From an uncultured delta proteobacterium (lineage in GTDB: Bacteria; Desulfobacterota; Desulfomonilia; UBA1062): a DNA stretch of 64,000 bases. The position numbers and the translations under genes were made by a program. The stretch is taken from NCBI GenBank assembly GCA_963785235.1, contig CAWAUM010000007.1:64001-128000 (forward strand). Direction: 5' to 3'. Of this stretch, positions 34,911-42,752 are shown one piece after another. Numbering within the stretch: the first letter of the stretch is position 1; each line of letters begins with the position of its first letter. Under the pieces are notes generated by a model. The model was not told the DNA's origin. It searched no databases and saw nothing but the letters and a program-made list of their open reading frames with translations.

Positions 34911-36068
34911 ATGATCAACCGCCCGTTCTGGACTCAACGCATTCAGGAATCCTGGAATAAACGGCCGATTGTCTGGCTTTCCGGGGTACGCAGGTCAGGA
35001 AAAACAACAATTGCCCGGATGTTTCCCAATGCATCCTATCAGAACTGCGACCTGCCGTCGGTAATGCGCCAGCTTGTCGATCCTGAACCTTTTTATGACA
35101 GTCTCGCTACAGGCACGATTGTCATCTTCGATGAAATCCATCGCCTGGAAGACCCGAGTCTGGTATTGAAAATAGCTGCTGATGCATATCCACATTTAAA
35201 GATTCTTGCCACCGGATCTTCCACTCTGGCGGCTACCCGTAAGTTTCGCGACAGCCTGACCGGCAGGAAACAGACGATCTATCTTCCCCCGGTACTCTGG
35301 AGTGAATGCACCGATGAATTCGACATAAAGGATCTGGACCACAGGCTTCTCCATGGCGGACTGCCGGAACCCTTGCTTGAAACAACAAAAGACATGACCT
35401 TTTTTTCAGAATGGATAGATAGCTTTTATGCCCGTGATATTCAGGAGCTTTTCGATATACGCAACCGGACCGGCTTCATGAAGCTGCTGCATCTCCTGTT
35501 ACGCCAGAGCAGTGGCCTCCTGGACTATACCAATCTGGCGCAACTCAGCGATTTGAGCCGCCATACGGTGAAGGCCCATATCGAAGCCATGCGTATTGCC
35601 CATGCAGTTTTCTTGCTGCCTCCATTTGAGGGTGGTGGTCGTCGTGAAATCACACACAGGCCTAAATGCTATGCCTTTGATACCGGGTTTGTAACATTTG
35701 TCCGCGGATGGGAAAGCATCCGCGAGGATGATCGCGGTCTCTTGTGGGAACACATCGTCCTTGATTGCCTGCGTTCGGTAGTTGATGAAACCAATCTCCT
35801 GTACTGGAGGGACAAATCCGGTCGCGAAGTGGATTTTGTCGTCAGACAGGGGAGACAACAGGTGGATGCCATTGAATGCAAAATCAATCCCGATGGGTTT
35901 GATCCTGCTAATCTCCGAGTCTTTCGTACGTACTATCCAAAGGGGCATAATTTGGTCATCAGCCCCAATGTGAAAACCCCTTATCAACGTAGATATGGCG
36001 ATCAAACGGTCGATTTCATCTCCGTGCAGAAAATGCGGAAAGCGTTGATTATGGATGTTGTCAAATAA
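34911..36068 (+). CDS. AAA+ ATPase (AAA_14) with DUF4143 / PD-(D/E)xK-like C-terminus
   Basis: GVRRSGKTT, IFDEIH, ATGSS, SLTGR, HGGLPE, PKCYAFDTG, GLLWEH, YWRDKSGREVDFV, IECK. Confidence 0.88.
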   Translation: MINRPFWTQRIQESWNKRPIVWLSGVRRSGKTTIARMFPNASYQNCDLPSVMRQLVDPEPFYDSLATGTIVIFDEIHRLEDPSLVLKIAADAYPHLKILATGSSTLAATRKFRDSLTGRKQTIYLPPVLWSECTDEFDIKDLDHRLLHGGLPEPLLETTKDMTFFSEWIDSFYARDIQELFDIRNRTGFMKLLHLLLRQSSGLLDYTNLAQLSDLSRHTVKAHIEAMRIAHAVFLLPPFEGGGRREITHRPKCYAFDTGFVTFVRGWESIREDDRGLLWEHIVLDCLRSVVDETNLLYWRDKSGREVDFVVRQGRQQVDAIECKINPDGFDPANLRVFRTYYPKGHNLVISPNVKTPYQRRYGDQTVDFISVQKMRKALIMDVVK

Positions 36069-36150
36069 GAAGTAATTGTGGATCACTCATTGTAGAAGTA
36101 ATTAATTGAATATACTATGTTATAATGCAAGATCTGACCCTCAATCCTCT

Positions 36151-36198
36151 GTGAACAGGAACGAGAAAAGAGAATCTGAGAGATTACAAGGAGAGTGA
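36151..36198 (+). pseudogene. possible remnant of a BrnT-type toxin C-terminus
   Basis: Reads VNRNEKRESERLQGE-stop just before the antitoxin start, like BrnT tails (..SARDMNRKERxxYE); rest of the toxin absent. Confidence 0.35.
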
Positions 36199-36205
36199 TG
36201 CAGTC

Positions 36206-36547
36206 ATGAAAAAGACCTCTAAGATCCCGGTCCCGAAGTTTACCTCTGAAGACGAAGAACGTGAATTCTGGGCAACTGCCGATTCTACCAGGTACATAGA
36301 TTGGAATAAAGCAAAGCGATCTATATTCCCTGACCTGAAACCATCTCTCAGATCTATATCATTGAGGCTGCCTGAGTTGTTGATAGCCAATGTGAAGGTC
36401 TTGGCTAACAAGAGAGATATACCCTATCAGACACTCTTGAAGAGCTTTCTGGCCGAGAGGGTTGAAAAGGAAATGAGATCGATCCAGGAGCAGGGGACTC
36501 CTGACAAGAGAAAGACCGGCAGAGTGCCAGGAGCAGGCAGGAGATAA
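36206..36547 (+). CDS. CopG/BrnA-like antitoxin
   Basis: PKFTSEDEEREFWAT, LKPS.RSISLRLP, LANKRDIPYQTLLK. Confidence 0.85.
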   Translation: MKKTSKIPVPKFTSEDEEREFWATADSTRYIDWNKAKRSIFPDLKPSLRSISLRLPELLIANVKVLANKRDIPYQTLLKSFLAERVEKEMRSIQEQGTPDKRKTGRVPGAGRR

Positions 36548-36899
36548 AATCTGTCATCCTATTCATAATAGAGAGAGGGTGTCAGATAGAGATGACATAG
36601 TTTTCTAATAAGTCCTGGCCCTTTGATTCTGTACGTGTTTACAGGATGGGGATCTGTTTAAAAAAAGAGTACCAGATGTAATTTGTCAGTATTGTGTAAG
36701 ACCTGCTGTCGATAGATTATGATCCGGATTTGAGTCTTCACGGCGTTTCAAAAAAACCTCGAATACTATCTTAATAGGGTTGCTTAAAGAACAGTATTCA
36801 TTATATAATTAATAGATTAAGATTAAAGGCTCTTGTTGTTGCCACGCACAATTCTTAGAACATATCTTGAACAAGGAACTAAGAGCCTTGTGAGGTCGA

Positions 36900-39777
36900 A
36901 TGCAGTTTGGGCAGAGGGAAACAGATGAAAAGAGCCTGAAAAGACGTCTCCGTTTTGAAGAGATGCTCTCGGAGCTTTCTGCGCGGTTCATGGCAACTAC
37001 GTTCGATCAGGTCGACAGCGAGATCGAAAATGCCTTGAGGCAGATCATGGAATTCTTCCAGGTCGATCTGTGTGCCCTGCTGGAAGTCCACGAGGACAGG
37101 TCCTTTGCCAGAATCTCCCATGCCGTGTACGGCGAAGGCGTTGAGCAGATACCGAAAGACATAAACCTCGTAGAACTGTATCCGTGGACCTACCAGAAAC
37201 TGATGCGGGGGGAGCTTATCAACATCACCCGGATGGAAGATTATCCTGAAGAAGCCCTGATAGACAGGCAATCTAATTTGGCAATGGGTACAATATCCAG
37301 ATTGGCCTTTCCTGTGGCCGTTGACGGCGGCATTTCGAGAATAATCACTATACATCAGAGACACCGGCATCAGGCCTGGCCCGAAGAGTATATCCCCCGG
37401 CTGCGGCTGCTGGGTGAGATCCTTGTCAATGCCCTGGAGCGCAGGCAGGACAGGGTGCACTTGGAGGAACAGCTCAGCCTTTGAGATGCTCCTGGCTGAG
37501 ATCTCGGGGCGTTTTGTCAACCTGAGAGCCGACCAGGTAGACAGCGAAATAGTAGATGCCCAGCGCCGTATCTGTGAATGCCTGGGGCTGGATCTTTCCG
37601 CGCTCTGGCAGTGGTCGATGGAAACTCCCCGCATCCTCAGAATGACTCACATATACCGACCCCTTGGAGGCCCGCCGCTTCCCGAACCCATGTATGCCCA
37701 TGAGCATTTTCCCTGGTGCCAGCAGGAACTGGAGGCAGGCAGGATAGTTATCGTTTCAAGCATGGAGGATGTTCCGGCCGAGGCGGCCCGTGACCAGGAG
37801 GTCTGGCGCCAGCTCGGCATCAAGACCTCGTTGACCTTCCCGCTATCGCTAGGGGGAGGCCGATCATCGGTGCATTGTCCTTCAATGACATGCTGGCCGA
37901 ACGCACCTGGTCGGAACCGATCATTGCAACGTCTTCAACTGGTCGCCCAGATATTCAGCAATGCGCTCGCCCGCAAGCAGACCGAAACCGCGTTGCGTGA
38001 AAGCGAGGCGCGTCTGAGTCTGGCTACTGAAGCCGTGGGGGCAGGCCTGTGGATCATGGATGTCGACACGAAAAAGGTATGGGTTTCGCAAAAGAGCCGG
38101 GAGCTGTTTCATTTTGCCCCGGATGAAGAGATTACCTATGAAAGTTACTTCAGAGTGATCCATCCCGAGGACAGGGACCGGGTCAACCAGGAGGTGCAGC
38201 ACGCACTCCGGTCCGGAGAGCATCTTCTCTGCGATTACCGGATCGTGCTCCCTGATGGAAGCATCAGATGGATTGTGGCCCGCGGACAGCGGTATCTGAA
38301 ATCGACCGGAGAGCCGGATCGCATCATGGGCCTGTCGTTTGACATAACCGAGCGCAAAGGAATGGAGCTGCAGCTGAGCGAGTCACAGACCACGCTCGCT
38401 TCACTGGTCAACTCTACCTCCGATCTGATCTGGTCGGTGGATGCAGAGCGCTTCGGTCTTCTCACCTTCAACCGCGGCCTTACCGAATACTTCTTCAATA
38501 ACCATGGCATTCATACCAAGGTCGGCATGCGTCCGGAAGACCTCCTGCCTGCAGGCTATGCTCAGCAGTGGCAGAAGTTCTATCAACAAGCTCTGGAGAA
38601 GGGATCTTTCACAACAGAGTACCGGGCGTCCGGGGGAAGCCGGGTGCTGCGGCTGAATATCAACAGCCTCAGGGACGGTGATAATATGTTCGGCGTATCG
38701 GTATTCGCCCAGGACATCACCGAGCGCAAGCAGTTGGAGGAGCAGCTCAGAGAACGTCTCAATGAGATCGAGGTGCTCAAACAGCGGCTCGAAAGAGAGA
38801 ATATCTATCTGCGCGAGGAGGTCAGACTCCTGGTTGAGCATACAGACATCGTGGGGCAAAGCCTAGCCATGAAGAGGGTCCTGAGCCAGGCGGAACAGGT
38901 TGCAAAAACAGATGCTACGGTTCTCCTCACGGGGGAAACCGGAACAGGAAAAGAGCTGCTTGCCCGGGCGATCCACAGCATGAGCACCAGGAAAGACCGG
39001 ACCCTTGTAGTGGTCAACTGCGCCTCGTTGCCGCCCACCCTCATCGAGAGCGAACTCTTCGGCCGGGAAAAGGGCGCCTTCACCGGTGCGCTCACCCGGA
39101 TGACCGGGCGTTTCGAGCTTGCCGACGGGTCTACCCTGTTCCTGGACGAGATCGGGGAACTCCCCCTTGACCTGCAGAGCAAACTGCTCAGGGTGCTTGA
39201 ACAGGGGCAGTTCGAACGGCTGGGGTCCAGCAGGACCACCAAGGTCAATGTCCGCATCATTGCCGCCACCAACCGGGACATCGAGCAGGCGGTGAAGGAC
39301 GGCACATTCAGACGGGACCTTTTCTATAGGCTGAATGTGTTTCCCATTGTGATTCCGCCGCTGCGTGAGCGTGCCGGAGATATACCTCTCCTGGTCCGAT
39401 CGATCGTCAGGGAGTTTCAGAAGAGGATGGGGAAAGAGGTAGAAAGCATCCCGAAGAAGACCATGGAGGCCCTGCAATCCTATTCCTGGCCGGGTAACGT
39501 CCGGGAGCTCAGGAATATGATCGAACACGCCATGATCCTGAGCACGGGTAAAACACTGGATGTACACGTGCCCAAGCGTGCACCTTCAGAAACAGACACG
39601 ACCGGCAACCTCCAAGATATGGAGCGGATACATTTGATGACCGTGCTGGAGAAGACCGGCTGGCGCATTTCCGGACAGGGTGGCGCTGCCGAGGTTCTTG
39701 GTCTGAAGAGAACAACCCTCCAGGCGAAGATGAAGAAATTAGGCATCAAGCGTTCCAGCAAGCCAATGCCGCACTAA
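36900..39777 (+). CDS. sigma54-dependent activator, GAF-GAF-PAS-PAS-AAA+-HTH; indel near 37480 and a compensating pair at ~37860-37925
   Basis: Two related GAF starts ([19 protein letters not shown] / [19 protein letters not shown]); PAS IHPEDR, DITERK twice; [53 protein letters not shown]. Confidence 0.92.
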
Positions 39778-39790
39778 CGTCTTTTGCCCA
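39731..39790 (+). repeat. 60-bp direct repeat, copy 1 (3' end of the activator gene)
   Basis: 56/60 identical to 40717-40776 by manual alignment. Confidence 0.9.
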
Positions 39791-39862
39791 ATATATCATC
39801 AGTTTCTTGGGACTTGGGGGGGCTGATCATGTGTTACTTCTTGCAAATAGTTAAATCAAACC

Positions 39863-39908
39863 TTGACAGTTAGCTGGATGAATCTTATAATCTAGACAGA
39901 CTAGACAG
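39863..39908 (+). promoter_or_regulatory. consensus sigma70 promoter and probable autoregulatory operator of the TA module
   Basis: TTGACA(39863)-17 nt-TATAAT(39886) followed by tandem CTAGACAG at 39892 and 39901. Confidence 0.85.
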
Positions 39909-39921
39909 GAGGAAATGAAGA

Positions 39922-40176
39922 ATGAAACGTACATGGCAGATACAAGAAGCGAAGAATAAACTGAGCGAGGTAGTTGATGAAGCAGTCCATCATGGACCAC
40001 AGGTTATTACCAAGCGGGGTGTTGAAGTTGCTGTTATGCTATCCTATTGTGAATATCGTAAAATGATCTCCTTGCAGAAGAAGCTCTCCACTTTCTTTCG
40101 CGAATCTCCTCTTGTGGGGGTCGACCTCGATCTCAGTCGAGATAGGACCGGAATGCGTGAGGATGTCTCGCTATGA
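39922..40176 (+). CDS. Phd/YefM-family antitoxin
   Basis: WQIQEAKNKLSEVVDEA..GPQVITKRG; RBS AGGAGG; overlaps the toxin start. Confidence 0.92.
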   Translation: MKRTWQIQEAKNKLSEVVDEAVHHGPQVITKRGVEVAVMLSYCEYRKMISLQKKLSTFFRESPLVGVDLDLSRDRTGMREDVSL

Positions 40177-40592
40177 AGTATCTTCTCGATACGTGTGTAA
40201 TCTCAGAACTGGTCGCTAAAAAACCCAATCCCCTAGTACTCAACTGGATAGACAGCATAGACCCGGACAGCGCTTATCTGAGTGTGATCACCATAGGAGA
40301 AATAAGAAAGGGGATAGAGAAACTACCTGACTCGAGGCGTAAAACCACTCTCAATTCATGGCTGATCGAGGAGCTGATGGCTCGATTTAGTGGCAAGATC
40401 CTCCCAATTGATGCTGAAGTTGTGCTCATGTGGGGTCAGCTGATAGGTTCTCTGGAATCAGATGGGAAGAAAATGGCAGCAATAGATTCTCTTATAGCGG
40501 CCACAGCACTTTATAACCACTGCAGCTTAGTAACAAGGAATGAAGCTGACTTCAAACATACCGGCATAGCGATTATTAATCCTTGGGAGTAA
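40173..40592 (+). CDS. vapC: VapC/PIN-domain toxin
   Basis: YLLDTCVISE, SVITIGEI.KG, DSLIAATA, LVTRN..DF, INPW. Confidence 0.93.
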   Translation: MKYLLDTCVISELVAKKPNPLVLNWIDSIDPDSAYLSVITIGEIRKGIEKLPDSRRKTTLNSWLIEELMARFSGKILPIDAEVVLMWGQLIGSLESDGKKMAAIDSLIAATALYNHCSLVTRNEADFKHTGIAIINPWE

Positions 40593-40716
40593 CTGTGGCT
40601 TCTGACAAAGTCGTTGCCTGTATGTTCTCCGAATTCAGATTGCGATAAATCATCGGTTTTTTGAACCCAAGGATCAATAAGAAAACTCCCGAGATTCAGC
40701 GCAGAGGAAACTTATC

Positions 40717-40776
40717 TGAAGAAATTAGGCATCCAGCGTTCCAGCAAGCCTATGCCGCATTAACGTCTATTGCCCA
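40717..40776 (+). repeat. 60-bp direct repeat, copy 2
   Basis: Matches 39731-39790 and continues into the intact palindrome TGCCCATATATTGGCA. Confidence 0.9.
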
Positions 40777-40901
40777 TATATTGGCAGATAATCTCGCTCC
40801 TTCTGCTTTGTCCGTCACACCTTTTTTTATTGAAATCCTCATAACAACAGCGCCTTGACAACATAATCGTCCTCCGCCTTTTTCTTGGCCCGTATCTGGC
40901 A
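40771..40901 (+). promoter_or_regulatory. upstream activating palindrome + sigma54 promoter of the GRE operon
   Basis: TGCCCATATATTGGCA (40771-40786); TGGCCCGTATCTGGCA (40886-40901) has GG and GC at -24/-12 spacing; adjacent sigma54 activator. Confidence 0.75.
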
Positions 40902-41020
40902 ATCTCTTTTCTGTGACATTGAAAACATCCATGAATTAATTTCGATGAAGGCATTGAGGAGTTTCTACCCGGAAGAAGCACAGGCGATCCTTCAGCAATA
41001 TCATAAAAAGGGAGAAGCAT

Positions 41021-41359
41021 ATGATCCTCGCAACCATTAGGATGGCGATACCACCCCAAAAGCGAGCTGAGGCATTGAAAATCATCAGATTGATAGCTGA
41101 TCGATGCAGTGACGATACCGGCTGTCTCGGGTTCCACCTCTATGAGGACCTGCAGGAAAAAAACGTCATCATGCTCGAAGAGGTCTGGAAGGCCCAGGAA
41201 GACCTGGACCTTCATCTTCGCTCGGACGAATACCACAACCTGCTCATGGTTCTGGAAATGGCAGTCAAACAGCCCGAGATCAGGTTCGACACCATCTCCA
41301 GTTCCACGGGCATCGAGACCATTGAAAAGGCAAGGAGCAATGCGAGACAAATATTCTGA
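41021..41359 (+). CDS. ABM (antibiotic biosynthesis monooxygenase / YgiN-like) family protein
   Basis: GCLGFHLYED....N...LEEVW....DL..HLRS pattern of dimeric alpha-beta barrel proteins. Confidence 0.8.
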   Translation: MILATIRMAIPPQKRAEALKIIRLIADRCSDDTGCLGFHLYEDLQEKNVIMLEEVWKAQEDLDLHLRSDEYHNLLMVLEMAVKQPEIRFDTISSSTGIETIEKARSNARQIF

Positions 41360-41450
41360 CATCACCCTCCTTGGAGGGGTGGCTGTGGTGAAATTACTTC
41401 ACGTATTTAGCGAAGTGAAAATATAAGTCAATAATAGGAGGAACATCATT

Positions 41451-42647
41451 ATGGCTAAGGAAACAGAGAAGATTAAAGAGACAACTTTCAAAAACACGAA
41501 ACTGAACCTTGTGAAGCTGGATTGGAAAGAGGTTTACTACACCAACTGTCCGCTGGTGTCTGCCAGCAATGTGGATGAAGGCCTGGGCTTGACCAAGAAG
41601 GAGTTCAAGAAGATCGGCGTGAAGTTTGCCTACATGCGTTCGACCCCTGAAACCGATTGGTATCCCCACTACATTCACAATCAGGAAAATCTTATCCGCT
41701 TCGGCGGTTTGTTTCCGCCCATCGAGGTTCACGCGGACATCCGCCGGACCCGGCTGCTGGGGGTTACGCAGATGCCGGCAGAAGGCGGTGTCATGATGGT
41801 GCGCGCCAAGGACGACATCTACCGGATGGTCGATCTGAAGGGCAAGAAGATCGGCATTTCCAAGAGCATGAACAAGATCAAGAACGACTGGTGGCGCATC
41901 CAGGAGCACCAGGGTATCGAGCTCATGCTCCGGATGAACGGCATGACCATGGACGACATCGAGCTCGTCGAGTTCCCTTACGCGGACGACTGGTATAACG
42001 ATCCGGCGATGATGGTCGCAACCATGGACCTCTCGATTGATCTGTGGCTGAAGCGTGACCACAAGCGCGACTTGGCCTTCCGTCCACTGGAAACCGCACT
42101 GGAAAAGAGGATCATCGATGCGATGTACATGCAAACCAAGCCGCTCCAGCAAGTCTCCGAGGCGACGGGCAAGTTCGCGGCGATCGAGGACCTCTCCCGC
42201 TATCCGGACTGGCGTTTGCAGGTCGCCAACATCCCCGCGGCCATTACGTGCACCGACGTCATGGCCAAGCAGCACCCCGAACTCGCCGTCACGTTCATGA
42301 AAGGCATGATCCGCGCCGGGCGCTGGGCCAACGAGAACAAACGCGCCGCGGCGGAAATCCTCGACCAACAGACCTTCTACAGAGACATCGAGCACACCTA
42401 CCAGGGAATCAGGGACGTGGACTTGGTGCCCAACCTGTCACCACTCAACCTGGCTGCTGTCGAGATCGGCAAGAACTTCATGCTGAGCCACGGCTACATC
42501 AAGAACGACTTCGATGTGCAGAAGTGGGCCGCGCCGGAGTTCCTGGAGAAGGCAGCCAGAGAACTGCTGGAAGAAGAATGGAAGAAAAGAACCACAGCAA
42601 AACTTCCCAAGACGGCTGCGCCGCTTACGGGAGAACGGCTCGGGTAG
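41451..42647 (+). CDS. DszB (aryl-sulfinate desulfinase)-like cytoplasmic protein, SsuA/THI5 periplasmic-binding fold
   Basis: YYTNCPL (Cys33), His73 and Arg83 in RFGG..PP, RTRLLGVT, DLKGKKIGIS, WAAPEFL match recalled DszB motifs; no signal peptide. Confidence 0.78.
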   Translation: MAKETEKIKETTFKNTKLNLVKLDWKEVYYTNCPLVSASNVDEGLGLTKKEFKKIGVKFAYMRSTPETDWYPHYIHNQENLIRFGGLFPPIEVHADIRRTRLLGVTQMPAEGGVMMVRAKDDIYRMVDLKGKKIGISKSMNKIKNDWWRIQEHQGIELMLRMNGMTMDDIELVEFPYADDWYNDPAMMVATMDLSIDLWLKRDHKRDLAFRPLETALEKRIIDAMYMQTKPLQQVSEATGKFAAIEDLSRYPDWRLQVANIPAAITCTDVMAKQHPELAVTFMKGMIRAGRWANENKRAAAEILDQQTFYRDIEHTYQGIRDVDLVPNLSPLNLAAVEIGKNFMLSHGYIKNDFDVQKWAAPEFLEKAARELLEEEWKKRTTAKLPKTAAPLTGERLG

Positions 42648-42752
42648 TCGGGAAGACGCTCGGCACAGGGTGCACGTGCGAGGCAACTGAAGAATCAGCC
42701 ATAATCGCCGACCCGGTGAAGCCAAAATAAAACTGATGAAGGAGGAAACATA

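Noticed and set aside
40661-40858. 65-aa ORF between vapC and the operon
   Set aside because: It overlaps the duplicated repeat and enhancer region, has a TTG start and no motif; better explained as regulatory DNA.
41451-42647. Ordinary ABC sulfonate-binding protein (SsuA)
   Set aside because: No signal peptide, no permease/ATPase nearby, and DszB catalytic residues are present.
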